The notes beneath the pieces are model-generated. The model was given only the letters and a program-made list of their open reading frames with translations. It did no database searches and had not been told where the DNA came from. A stretch of DNA of 63,659 nt, the filler included, from Octopus bimaculoides (Eukaryota), in the NCBI RefSeq assembly GCF_001194135.2. It is 6 parts of 6 records of this genome, joined end to end, with 100 filler letters (N's around TTAATTAATTAA, not from the genome) between each part and the next. Parts side by side here need not be neighbours in the genome. Positions count along the whole stretch, not along the records: positions 1 to 13,089 come from NC_068981.1; positions 13,190 to 27,334 come from NC_068982.1; 4 more parts are not named here. One strand, written 5' to 3'. Made by a program: the position numbers and the translations under genes. Position 1 is the stretch's first letter. Every line of letters starts with the position of its first letter. Shown piece by piece: positions 12,309 through 24,899 of the stretch.

Positions 12309-13089
12309 CAGGGTGCGATGGGTAAACTGTCGCCATTTTATATTTTTAATTTCACACCGTCTGTGGGTAAAACAGCATCATGACGCAATTCATTCTGCCA
12401 GAAATTTGGAAACGACATGCTGTACTGCTTACCATTTATGCCGTAAGCTCCAATACGAGCATTTCAGAGTGTTTGGATGTCAATCTGAAGACAGTGCAAT
12501 CTGAGAACATGTTCCGAGAGTGATAAAAATCAAACATCCAGCCAATATCATGGTGTTTGAAGTCATCACTAGTGATGGCAACGTTATGACTCTATACATC
12601 TTCCCACACGGCCTCAGACTCGGCACGGAGGCCTACATCGAGTGCTTGGAGGGGGTAGTGCTGCCCTTGGTCAACAGGGTGGCTGCTGGAAGACCCTGTG
12701 TCTAGCAATAGGACTCTGCACCATGCCACACAAGCAGGAGAACCCAGTCATGGCTTGTCAGACAATTCCTGCAACCACATCACCCTTAACATCTGGCCAC
12801 CTAACTCCCCAGACTGCAACCCCCTTGATTATTATGTGTGGGGCGCAGATGATCAAGAGACCAACAAAACACCTTGTAACACCAAAGATGGACTGAAGGC
12901 AAGGATTATAGCAGCATTTACCAACTTAAACAAGGAGACTGTCCAGAAAAGTTGCAGGAGATCCCGAAGTCGTCTGAAGGCCGTGGTTGAAGCCAATTGC
13001 GATTTTATTGAATAAATTTACTCTTTAGTATTTCAAGATATTTTTATATAATTTTGGTAAACATATCTGTTAAAATGAGATGTCATGTT
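12309..13089 (+). mobile_element. decayed DD37D (maT) Tc1/mariner transposon
   Basis: CAGGGTGCGATGGGTAAA terminus. After correcting one frameshift, D-SAPCHTS...WPPNSPDCNPL-D has 37 residues between the catalytic Asps. Ends at a gap. Confidence 0.85.
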
Positions 13090-13189
13090 NNNNNNNNNNN
13101 NNNNNNNNNNNNNNNNNNNNNNNNNNNNNNNNNTTAATTAATTAANNNNNNNNNNNNNNNNNNNNNNNNNNNNNNNNNNNNNNNNNNNN

Positions 13190-13575
13190 ATTTGGAGGCC
13201 ATAGGTTTTGTATAGTGTGAATGGAGGATTCTGGTTTTATTATTCTTAGTTTCTGGCCAGAGTTCAGTATCTAATACAGGTAATCTATGGTTAGGGTGTT
13301 TAGTAGGGTAGTCTATCGTAACTTTAATACTCTGGAGGATGGAGTTAGCTATTTGCTGGATGCTCTCCATAGTCTTAGTTTCTATTTCTATTTCAAGAGT
13401 ACTCTCTTGTGGGGGTGTCTTTACCACTAAGTTGATATCATCAACATATCGAGAGTACATATTCACGAGTATGGAGTTCTGTGTCAGGCGTTCCTTAAGC
13501 CTTCTGTCCAACAATACCATGAAGGGATTGGCCACATCACCGGCGAAGAAAAGATCTAAATTCTTCTGGGTCAAT
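13190..13575 (-). mobile_element. Penelope-like retroelement RT fragment (second copy of the 2014-3268 family)
   Basis: FMVLLDRRLKERLTQN..SRYVDDINLVVK..LPVLDTELW..HSHYTKPMASK, nearly identical to 2014-2345. Confidence 0.88.
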
Positions 13576-14099
13576 AGATGTAATGAGGTGGAGGGTGTGA
13601 GTATACTTTGGACTGATAAATGAGTAGATAAGGTGATTTAGGTAATCAGAGTGTGCTTTGGGATACTTAAGCATAGACTTCTAATGGAGGACATGACAGT
13701 GACAAGGAGATAGAGACTTATAACACACAGGAAAACATGTTCACATAGAACAGTGTACTGCAGACAACAGACCAAATTTCCAGCCAAACCAAAAGTGATG
13801 CAATGGGGAAATGGAGTTAGCATTGAAATATATTGAAATATAGCAGATAGCTAGAAGAGAAGCCAGGCAACAGGTTTATCTAACAAGGGAAGAAACAGAA
13901 AAGGTCTGTCAATGAGGTATGGCAAGACAGTGTGTCAGTGAAATAATCATGATATTGGAGGAGAGACGCGTGTGGATGGATGGATAATGGTAGGCTTGCA
14001 CTGAATGATTCTGAAAAGAAGCATGGAAGTGGAACTAGGAGAGGCTACTAAATGTAAAGAGTGCATGGGAGAAGAGCCTTCCTAATGAGAACTCAACAG

Positions 14100-14700
14100 A
14101 GGGACCAGCTATTATATGTAACAGCAGTATCATAGCTCAATTAAGAGAGTTGGCCTAGATGAGATACAGTTTGGTTTTGTAACATGTAAAAGCACTGCTG
14201 ATGCTCACTTTCTAAGTAAAGAAACTACAGAAGTATTTAGCCAAAAATGAATCACTACACTTGACATGGAGAATGTCTTTGACAGGCTATCTTGCTCCCT
14301 CGACTGTGGTCACTGCAGAAGCTAGAGCTAGATGAATGGCTTGTCAGAGCCATCCAAGCCAAGTACATAGGCACTATCAGTAAGGTAAAAGCCGGCAATG
14401 ACTACAGCAACAAATTTAGTGTTGCAGGTAGGAATTTACTTGTCATAGTCCACCAGGTCGTAACAGGAATTTCTGACCAGCAGTCCTACTATATACTAAT
14501 GACCTTCTTCTTATAGCAGAATCTGTAGTAGAATCAGAAAAGAAATTCCAGGTGTGAAAGCAACACCTGATAAAAAAAGAGCTTATGGTTAACTTAAAAG
14601 CCAAAGTTCGAGTAAGCAGAAGACAAACCACGAATACCTTCAGGGGAATGGTATTAGTGGTTGTTATGTACAATAGAGATGTTGGTAAACATTCCATGCA
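14100..14700 (+). mobile_element. decayed RTE-clade LINE RT fragment
   Basis: LDEIQFGFVTCKSTADA..DMENVFDRL..LWSLQKLELDEWLVRAIQAKY, homologous to 26980-27334. Confidence 0.75.
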
Positions 14701-15992
14701 ATGTAGTTGAATCACAGAAAGGTTAACAGAGAAAGTAGGCCTTGTGTGAGACAGGTAATGCTGACGAGGACAGCTGCATAACAGAGTGTTGATTACAAAA
14801 TGTGGGTGGAACTTAAAGAGGGAGACTTATGTAGACAGGGGACAAAATAGTGAAGAATAACTTCCAGATGTTGAGTGTCATGGAGGAGATGACAAAAGAT
14901 GGGAATGTTCAGCAATTTGCTATGCTCAAGAAGAACCCTAAAAAAAAAAGTGTCTACACCCCTGACCCAATCGGTCCCTGATGTGTCTTCCCCAACTCCA
15001 ATTCCTGATCACAGTACAATTCATTTACTTTCTGTGATTATATGAATGAAACAGAACATATTTCACCCCCCCCCACAGTTTTATACTATCACTCTCTTTT
15101 CTCTGGAATCACTTTGTTTCTTGCATAACATCCCTTAACATCATTAATTCCCCTTTCACCTCCACTCTTACATACCCTTTCATTCTGATAATTGTAGCCC
15201 CACTACTTACTTTCATCTCCCTATGTACCCATGATTTTGGCCCTGATACGGAACATCTCTTGCACACTACCCATCCCACCACATCACCTCCCTTACCCAA
15301 TCCTATTTCCTTCCCCCTCCAAATTGATATTCACCATTTACCACATCTCTACTCAGGTTTCCTATTCACCTCCATCTTACAAACCTTGCCAACCCATTCA
15401 CTCTGTCCAATCCTCCTCCTCCTCCACACTCCTCTCTAATGTTCACCTTTCTGTAATTTGAGGATAATGCCACGACACCTTTTCACCATCTTCTCTCCTT
15501 TACCAACTCGGATACCCAGCTGTGCAAGACACCCGCTTCTATCCCCCAGTAAAAAGCTATCTCCCACAATACCATGCCCCACCCCAGTTAAGGGGTCTTG
15601 GTGACCTCTCTTGTGCTACATAAAGAAAAGCACTCAATACACTGAAGTAGTTGGTGTTAGGAGGGTGTCCAGCAGTTGAAACTAAGCCAATGCCTTGTAG
15701 CTCACTGGCTTCTCGCAAACTGCCTAATCCATGTCATTATGGAAAAAAGATGTTAAACAAAAGGATAGATATATATATAGATGTGCATGTGTATATATTT
15801 ATATATATATAGATATGTGTGTGTGTGTGTGTGTGTGTGCGTGTATATAGTTATATATATATACAGAGAGATACACATTTTTGTGCTTTAATTTCACAAG
15901 GTTTTTCTTCCAAAATATTTAACAGGTAAATGTAAAACAGCATTTTTGGGGTGGGTTAGATAAACTTTAGAAGATCATAATGTTAAGAACTA

Positions 15993-17265
15993 CAGGGTGC
16001 AGCAAAATGATCCGACACATTTGTAGGTTTCATAAAAATAGAGTAAAGAACGATGTTTATTTTCGAAATGTACATATAATACCATTTTGTTTCAATTGGT
16101 ACCATTTGGGATATTTTGTTTTTAGTTGTCAACATGAATTGGACGGGAAGGTATCATGCTTTCAATGTGAAAATGTTTATCAAAAACAACAAATCCGTAA
16201 CTGCAACACAAAGAGCGCTCTGTGTGCATTTTAGACTTGAAAACATGATCCTGTACCTACTCGAAACCCAATTTTGTTATGGATTACCAACTTCAGAGCT
16301 AGTGGATCAGCTTTGAAATGAGAACTGACTGGCCAACCTGGGACCGCCAAAACTCTGGGAAACAAGGCAGCAGTAAGAGCTGACGTTCTCCACAATATTC
16401 TGCACGGAAACACGCCGCTGCTCTTAGGCTTTCCAATAGAAGTTTGCAAAGAATTCTTCACAAGGTAATGCAAGTGCATCCATACAAAATGGTTTTTGCA
16501 CAAGAACTCAGCGAAAGAAACTTTGAAACTAGCAGAGCATTGTGTTTGGAAATTCAACGTGTTCCCCATGCAGCTCTCATGTTGTTCAGTGACAAGGACC
16601 ATTTTCAACCGTGTGGCAGCATGAATAAGCAAAACTTCCAATAGCAGGCTGAGAACAACCTTTGGGAGTTGCACGAAAGCCCCTTGCATTGTCCCCAAGT
16701 GACTGTATGGTGTGTGGTAGCAGAATTTGGCATTTGGGGTTCGTACTCCTTCTCAGGGGACAATGTTACAGTGACCGTGAACCCTGATCGATATTGTGTG
16801 ATGCTAGAGGCTTTTCTGAAACCCAAACTGAATGAACTTGATGACAAGGGACAATGTTTGGTTTCAACAGGATGGGGTACCAGCCCACACTTCTCAATGT
16901 GCAATGGGGATTTTGAAGATGTTCCCTGCTCATTTAATCTCATTGCATGGTGATATTGGTTCAACCGCCTGATCACCGTGTGATTTTTTTCCTGTGGGAA
17001 TACCTGAAATCAAAGGTATACACTCATTGCCCTTGATATTTATTGAACAATTAAGATGCCATTCGTCAAGAAATTGCTGCCATTCCACATGACCCATCAT
17101 GTTATGGACAACTTTCGTGAACACCAACTATGTGGACTGATTTAATTTTTAATACCAAAGGAGACAAAATGGTGTTCTATGTACATTTGGAAAATGACAC
17201 ATTTTTCATTCTTTACTTTGCTCTCATTAAAACTACAAATTTGTCAGATCATTTACTGCACCGTG
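15993..17265 (+). mobile_element. full-length decayed Tc1/mariner transposon, DD41D (rosa)-like, with TA target duplication
   Basis: TA|CAGGGTGCAGCAAAATGATCCGACA ... TGTCAGATCATTTACTGCACCGTG|TA TIRs (1273 bp). Motifs HPYK, LFSD..HF, NKQN, PLH..VTVW, WFQQDG.PAH and CDFFLW.YLK; multiple stops and frameshifts. Confidence 0.88.
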
Positions 17266-17392
17266 TACCTTCAGGAATAGTATCATCTAGAAATGAATCA
17301 GTGACTTTTTTAAGATAGTAAGGTGTGACCTATGGGAGATCTAGTTGCTATTTCTAGTAGGGGCAAGCAAATAAATTCCTTCATTGGCTCAA

Positions 17393-17398
17393 TTTATT
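17393..17398 (-). promoter_or_regulatory. candidate polyadenylation signal (AATAAA) of the orphan minus-strand gene
   Basis: About 25 nt downstream of the predicted TAG at 17423-17425. Confidence 0.3.
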
Positions 17399-17422
17399 GA
17401 AGATTAAGAATATTTGAGGAGA

Positions 17423-17450
17423 CTAAATGACATAACCAGCAGATGATGAC
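17423..17450 (-). CDS. candidate terminal coding exon of orphan gene ((R)SSSAGYVI*)
   Basis: Strong acceptor TTGTTTTCTTCCAG; phase 2 matches the upstream 108-nt exon. Confidence 0.4.
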
Positions 17451-17569
17451 CTGGAAGAAAACAATGGCTGGATGAAATTGGAACAGATCACAACAGCAGT
17501 CTAGCACCTTAAATTCCACACAACTTACTTGAAAATTTCCAGATATCAATAAAGGAAAAAGAAATTTAC

Positions 17570-17677
17570 CTTTCACCCATAGTAAGATATTTGCCTGGTC
17601 CGCAGTCATAACTATTGAACTCTGTATTATCATAAGCTTCTTTTAAAGGATTCCACTCATTTACATCAAAGGAGGCG
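17570..17677 (-). CDS. candidate internal exon of orphan gene (ASFDVNEWNPLKEAYDNTEFNSYDCGPGKYLTMGE)
   Basis: Acceptor TTGTTTGTTTTCTAG, donor GAAAG|GTAAAT; 108 nt with a single open frame (phase 2-2); non-repetitive composition. Confidence 0.55.
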
Positions 17678-17829
17678 CTAGAAAACAAACAACCCGAACA
17701 TTACAATGGGAACAATAGCTAAAATCAAGATGCTAAACAACTGATATGATCAGGGGCTGCGAGCAAGACACACAAACATTGCTGGTCTCAAATGCTTGAT
17801 GCACAAAACAAGTTGCACTTGTACTTTAC

Positions 17830-17857
17830 AATAAGTTTGGTAGCAGTTTACAATTAA
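17830..17857 (-). CDS. candidate 28-nt microexon of orphan gene ((V)NCKLLPNL(F))
   Basis: Acceptor TTTCACTCAG, donor GTAAAG; phase 1-2 exactly bridges its neighbours. Confidence 0.3.
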
Positions 17858-18575
17858 CTGAGTGAAATTTAGAGCTAGAGTTTTTCATAACATTAATTCC
17901 TAGTTTCAGGTCCCATTCAATGGTTGCAATTTTTGGTGTCATGAAACCACACACACCTTTGTTATAATGATGCTAATGTAAGTAATAATAATATATATTT
18001 AACTAAAGCTCTTCCTTTCACAACCTCCCACACTCTACTCACACTTCACACTGCCACATATCAACCACTCAACAAAGAGAATGTTTTGACAGATAGAAAT
18101 TGCAAAGGATGTCAGCTGATTTGCTGTTAAATAAGGGAACTTCTGCAGGGTCATTCAACCTGTTGGAAATAGTAGCCAAATCTCTCAAGTCACGTCTTAG
18201 TGTGTTTAATTCAGGAAGAATATACTAGGCAATATGGTAACATATTCCTTTCTGTAAAGCAGTTGGTTTTAGGAAGGGCACCCAGCTGTAAAAAATCATG
18301 CCAAAGTAGACAGTGGAGCTTGGTGCAGTCCTCTGGCTTCCCAGCTCCTGTCAAATCATCCAACTCATGCTAGTATGGAAGGCAGACGTTAAATGATGAT
18401 TATAATAATTCCACATCCAGACAGGTATAAAATCTCAACTATACTCTACATTTCAGTCTTTCTTTTAAAATTGTCAAATATTATATGAAGATTTTGGCTG
18501 CTAGTTCCGGTAAGTTGAATAACCATAAAGTTCTGTTTTTTGTTGTTTTTTTTTGCAAAGATTTTGAAATCTTAC

Positions 18576-18606
18576 CTGTTAGACATATTTCAAAATTTCG
18601 TTTTGC
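18576..18606 (-). CDS. candidate 31-nt microexon of orphan gene (AKRNFEICLT)
   Basis: Strong acceptor TTTTCTTTTTTCAG and donor ACAG|GTAAGA; only the phase 0-1 frame is open. Confidence 0.45.
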
Positions 18607-19599
18607 CTGAAAAAAGAAAATTATCACAAATTTTTATAGTTTATAAATGAAAAATAAAATTTCTAGACTTTATACCTACCCCCATGTTTTTCAGATTAAA
18701 ACTGTTAAACCAATATTACGAAAAAAGGAAAAAAAATCTTGCTTTCTAGTTCTTCACCAAAATTGAAATTTCAACAAAATAACATTAAAAATGATTTCCT
18801 ACCAATCAATTCAATTCAGGATGCTTCTCTTTTTTTATATTTTGTTAAGACATTGATTTATTAAAAAAAAAATTGTTCATCAATTTCAAACGTAAGGAAT
18901 AACAGAGTTACTTGCAAAAGGAACAGAAAAAGCTGTCAGCGTATGCAGCAGTGGTGGGATCAAAGATAAGCGACGTAGCGAAGAGGTGAGTGGAGCTTGT
19001 GGCAAGTTTCGATACATTTGCAGAGCAGCTAACAATGGTTTTTATGGAGTCCAGCACACATTCTTGTCAAACATATAGGATGTCTTGAATGCAGCAGCTG
19101 GGGTTAACAATGGCCCCAAATTAGAATTAAGGAAGCTAGGCACTAGTGTGATTTTCAAAAAATAAATCATGGTAATTAGGACTACGAACTTCCAAGTTTG
19201 TCATTATTTAGTCTCTGGTTAGATTGATAATCAAAGCTGTTTCAGTCACAGGGTATACACAACACACACACACATATATANNNNNNNNNNNNNNNNNNNN
19301 NNNNNNNNNNNNNNNNNNNNNNNNNNNNNNNNNNNNNNNNNNNNNNNNNNNNNNNNNNNNNNNNNNNNNNNNNNNNNNNNNNNNNNNNNNNNNNNNNNNN
19401 NNNNNNNNNNNNNNNNNNNNNNNNNNNNNNNNNNTTGATAATCAAAGCTGTTTCAGTCACAGGGTATACACAACACACACACACACAGTTATCCGACTGG
19501 GTGGGGAGTTAACTTGGACAAGTGTCGACCAACAAAAGTGAGGTGAGGAGTTTCGAAAACCCCACGCGAGACGGCTCTTACCTCCTAACTTTCAGAAAA

Positions 19600-19990
19600 A
19601 ATGGATAATTTCCAAAGAAATTTACTCTAAAACACCTTTCAGAGTGTGGAGATTACGAGTAAATCGGAATTTAATATGAAAAAATGAAATTTCCAAAGAT
19701 TGTGTTGTCAGTAAGTGTGTGCGCTATTTTTCTTTTCACATTAAATCCCGATATAATCGTAATTTACACACTCTGAAAGGTATTCGTAGAAAATTTCAAA
19801 ACAAAAAAAAAAAAACCCCCATTTTTGTTAGTTATGAGAAAACAAAGCCAATTTGTGTGAATTTTTCTAAATTCCTCTTCCCACATGTAGACAATTTTTC
19901 TTTTCTTTTTTCACAATTCTGATATAATCAGAATCTACAACATCTGAAGTGTATCTCTAGAAAATTTCATTTTTCTGAGTTATGGGGAAA
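19600..19990. repeat. three ~45-bp diverged repeats in mixed orientation (probable DNA-transposon subterminal repeats)
   Basis: Motif ..ACACTCTGAAAGGT.TT..TAGA.AATTTC at about 19765 and 19940 (+) and about 19620-19665 (-). Confidence 0.45.
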
Positions 19991-21550
19991 CAAAATTGGT
20001 TGGGGGGGGGGCACACATGAGTAGGTATGTCTCTATATATCCCAGATGGAAGGGACAAAATAGACATGGTCCGAAACATTGCCACAACAAACCCCGATTA
20101 AGGAAGCTAAGGGCATGGAGATGATAGAACTGTTAGACGAGATCCTGGCCCCTCTTCCCAAACAGGATGAAATCCTAATGGTTAGAGTTTTGGGATACAT
20201 CTTCGAGCGGAGGTAAAGAAGGATACGCACGCCACCAGTTTTCGGCCTGACCCTTAACACCGGGGGTGCCTATTCTTTGCCTTCGTCTTTCTTCGAAGTT
20301 TTTTCAACAAGAATAATTTTCAAAAATGTTTTTCCCCATGTTTCAAGCAAAATAATAAAATCCGTGCGATTACCAATTATTGTTTTCAACAACTAAAAAT
20401 CAATTTTTAAAAATTTTCTCAGTCAAAATAATACAAAAGCTGCATTTAATTAAACTGAGTTTGGCCACTAAGAAGGATCGCCGCCGATATCAGGATTAGT
20501 TAAGGATTATTCTTGCAATTCCACAGAAATTGAGATGTAGATTAGGCTAAAATACTAAAGAGAAAATAAGTAATGGTTAAACTTTTCTATTATTCCTCCT
20601 AAAATAAAATGTGGGGGATTATTTCTCAAGTGAAACACGTGTTGTTGCAGGGACAAAAAATGGATTTTCTTTAAACCATAAAAACTATATTAACTCTGCT
20701 TTAGATTTCAGAAATAAAAAGTTTTAAATTAAATTTTTAAATTACTTAAAAGTGATTAAACAATGTTTTTGCAGGTAATTTATAATAATTAATTCAAAGT
20801 CGGATTGAATGACCAATTGTTATAAATTCTTTCTACGTCGACTTCGATTCTTGTGGAAAACATTTCATTAAAAAATATATAAATATAAAGATACTCGTTA
20901 AAGATTTTCGGGGTTTTTTTTTTTCTATTAAGTTGCATTTAAGAGTTCACATCACATTTGGCGCATCATTTCTTCCACATACAGGTGTGTGTGTGTGTGG
21001 TGAGAAACTGAAAGCAAAATTTAATGGAATGACGAAAATAACTATTCGAGAACTGTAACAATGTGTAAGAATGTTGCTAAACGACAACTAAAAATATTTT
21101 TGCTTTTTAGCCACATAGCCATCATAAATGATGCAGTAGTCCGTCCCCACTCTCGAATCGCCCCCCTGCCAGAAGTTCATCTTGCAGATCCTTGTTTTTC
21201 AAACGACCAATATGCGTTGTAAACTTTTAACACTTTCACTTTTTTTTTTAATACTTTATTCGAAGAGATATTTGTAAATATCAGTTCCAGGTAAATTTGA
21301 ACTTAAAAAGACCAATTATTTCTCGAAATGGGGAGGGACCTTGTCGTTAAAATCGACAATTATCAGGGCCGCCAAGTGGCGATGGTAAAAGCGACCGTGC
21401 TCCCTTCGTCTACATAATTTCTGGTTTGGACAATCATTAAAAACATTACTATTTCTAACCATTATTGTTCAGTGTAAAGACAGAGAGACAAATGGGGATT
21501 AATAATAAAAAATGAACAAATGAGTGCATGCGATAAATCTGGACGCTTAC

Positions 21551-21658
21551 CTGGAAAATAGCAGGAAGTGCAAGGAAAAAGAGAAATGTTAGCAAAGAAA
21601 TGAAAGTTGGGCGAGAAGATGAGAGGAAGACATCAACAGAAACTGAAGAGAGGAACAT
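21551..21658 (-). CDS. candidate first exon encoding a signal-peptide-like segment (MFLSS...FISLLTFLFFLALPAIFQ)
   Basis: ATG at 21658, donor CAG|GTAAGC in phase 0, compatible with 18606; CCAAT at 21681-21685 just upstream. Could instead be a polypyrimidine tract/acceptor. Confidence 0.3.
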
Positions 21659-22646
21659 TCATAGGAGTAGATGGAATTAGCCAATAGGAATAAGTGTTTA
21701 TTTTCATCCAATCAAATCTGTCGTTATGAAAATAACTAAAACACGCTTTTGAGCGTTCAAGGGAGATTATTATGTTCCCTTTAATTTAGAATTTTTTTTA
21801 AATGCCATTTTCTTATGAAAATTATTTATTCTCTAAATCAATATGTTTTCAAATTTGTTAGCAGCTTAATATAAAATAATAATCCAATGGATGGGATGCA
21901 GCTATAAAAATGGAAAAGAAAGGAAAGCATTGAAATAATAAAAATGAGACAATTTGGGAAAAAGTAGCTTTAATAATCAGATAACCACTGGATTAAATAT
22001 TACTATTGTTAATCAAGACTGTATAAATTAACACAGTATTTGAATAGCTGTTATTTCTGATAACTCTTTCTACATTGCTTTTGTAAATTCTTATATAATT
22101 CAAAACATAGGTTTGTAACACCTTTTAGGTACATCCCTCCAAGACTCAAGAATTTCAACATTACAACCACTACTATCACCCGCAACAGTTGCAAGATGAC
22201 AATCGGGAAAAGAAACGATGCTTTGCTGCATCGTTCTAGTACTTTAAAATTGAAACCCTAACCCTTCAAATCTTTGTCAGGGTTTTTTCAGAATCCTCTT
22301 GACCACCACACACCCTAACCCTAACCCTAACCAAACTACATCTCTTCCTCACATTCCTGCCTACCACCCACTCCCCAATCCTGTCCTCACAGCCCTGTTT
22401 CTCTGCATCGTTGCTATCCAGTAGCCCTTCCCCCACTTCTAATATGCCCAAGTTTTCACTACTCACTAATCGTGCATCTTTGGCAATATTCAGCCACTTA
22501 TATTATGACCTTTAGACCTCAACGGTATGCCCTGGCACTTGCCACCATCTATATATCTCTCTCTGCCTATACTCGATCATCCCATTTATAATCTGATCCC
22601 TGCCTCTTGTCAATGTGCTCAGCACTTTGCCACCATCTCTATCCTG

Positions 22647-22708
<62 letters not shown>

Positions 22709-22837
22709 NNNNNNNNNNNNNNNNNNNNNNNNNNNNNNNNTATATATCTCTCTCTGCCTATACTCGATCATCCCATTTATAATCTGATCCCTGCCTCTTG
22801 TCAATGTGCTCAGCACTTTGCCACCATCTCTATCCTG

Positions 22838-22902
<65 letters not shown>

Positions 22903-23810
22903 CGGCCAGATAACTTTGTACCTCCTCCACAGCAAGACACTTGTTTCTGTCTCTCTCTGTCTCACTACAACCTTTCATCCTCTGACACAAGATCACCTCC
23001 TCCAATACTCACTCTCCTCTCAAAAGATTTCTGTTTCGCAGGTTACTTGGTGACCCTGGCAGTGCTGGCCCCACTTAAAAAGCATCCAGTCTACACTGTA
23101 AAGTGGTTGGCATTTGGAAGGGCTTCCAGCTTTAAAAACCTTGCCACCAGTTCCAGTAAAACTCATACTAGCATCAAAAACAGACACTAAGTAATGATGA
23201 TGATTTTAAAAACAGAAAATTAATTTTATTTTGTCTGGTGTCATTCTACATTTTTTTTAAATGGATGTTATGGTTCTGAAAAACATTTCTTTTAATATTT
23301 CAATTTTTAAGGCTGATTGTTTTTGATAATTTTCTGCTTTTTAGTGATTATAAACTGAAACCATTTCCCCCAAATCCCACTCTGTGTGTCAGACATTCAC
23401 AGAAGCTGGATTTCTTTTCTTTTTTCTTCAGTGTAAAAGTATAGTATATACTGCCAGCCCAGTCCACCTGCTCTACCTACTTTCACACTTTTCATTACCA
23501 CACCTGTATTTCATTCTTCTTATCACTTGCTTAAAACTTTACCCAAGTATTTTTTACCTGAAATACATCCTCATTGGAACTCCCTTGCAGTCCTACTTTT
23601 TTCACAGCCAAACACACAAATTCCAACTGAATAAACCTCAACAACATCAAATTCATCAATCAGAAGCTGCACCTCCCCTCTGTCTAAAATCATCTCTGCT
23701 ACTGCATTCTTGCCATCTTTTCCTCACTAATTCATAATTTTATGCCCTGCTCCCACCTTAGTTTGTTAATTATTTCCTGAGTGTCATGAGATCATAAGGT
23801 CTGAAGTTAC

Positions 23811-23890
23811 CTTGTGAATTGTGACTCTATGAAAATGAGCACTGCAGATGGTGATATTTTCCCAACAGTTCTGGTACCTCATGCTGACAT
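23811..23890 (-). CDS. candidate exon (VSMRYQNCWENITICSAHFHRVTIHK), alternative upstream partner of the orphan gene
   Basis: Acceptor TTGTTATTTTATCCAG, donor CAAG|GTAACT; one open frame (phase 1-0). Confidence 0.25.
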
Positions 23891-24899
23891 CTGGATAAAA
23901 TAACAATTAAACTCAATATAGTTGCTGGTTTCTGGGTGTGTCTGATTAGATCTGAAAACAACTGAATAACAAAATTTATTTTTGGTGTGTGTACAGTGCT
24001 CACCAATCATACCTAGAATATGTGACCCTGGTTGCAGCTACAATCAAACATATGTGTGTTTGTGTGTGTGTGTGTATATGTGTAGTGGCTTCATGCAGGC
24101 ATAGCATGGATTCGATCCTTGATCGCCAAATTTCACTTAACAGTTCAACAGCACTTTTCACTTGGTAAAACAATAGTTTTTTCTGTGAGTGACAGCAGTT
24201 ACATTTGCCAGATGCCTTCTCTAAGCAGAATAATGTCTTTGCCACTTCACCCTTCCAACCACTTCTATTTCACCAAAAGCTAGATTAAAGATAACAGACC
24301 GCCAACGAAATCTATTGTTCTCAACAATATGTCCATCTTTCTGACTAGTTTTGGATAGTTATAAATACTAGAATCTGGCAAGGCAAAATTAGTTAGTGAA
24401 TGGACAACTAGAGTCATGGCCACAAACAGGCAGCCACTAGAGATCAAATGGCCAGAGGGAGACAGAAAGTTACAATCAGCGACTATGCGAGACAACTTCC
24501 CACGACTCTCACTTTCTTTTCTCTGTAACTTTACCAATCTCTCTCTATATATACTACTATGAGAACGTGTATACACATACCAGCCAATATTAACTCTTTT
24601 TTTCCTCACATGCTTTTCCATTTAATAATTCTACATACCAACCTGTTGTGGTTTTGGATATGTACAAAATAACAGTAAATAAATATTTTCTTAAACTTCG
24701 ATCACTGTTACACACACGCACATATATATATTATATTATACAATATATACATATATATATATATATATTATATTATATTATATTATATTATACAATATAT
24801 ATTCATATTATACAATATATATATATATATATATATATTATATAGTACAATATATATATATGTGTATATATAAATTGCTCAGCATACCAATCTCCTGGA

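Noticed and set aside
13134-13145. TTAATTAATTAA islands inside N runs (also 27379-27390, 45740-45751, 58592-58603, 61287-61298)
   Set aside because: Where counted (13134, 27379) the island is centred as 44 N + 12 nt + 44 N = 100 bp, and it gives stops in all six frames. This is an assembly gap linker, not biology.
22316-22332. (CCCTAA)3 suggesting a chromosome end
   Set aside because: Too short and internal; no subtelomeric context.
22527-22900. ~165-bp direct duplication flanking a (CT)n gap (similar cases at 19224-19486, 45540-45695 and 63100-63200)
   Set aside because: Identical sequence on both sides of, or next to, gaps is typical of unmerged contig overlaps.
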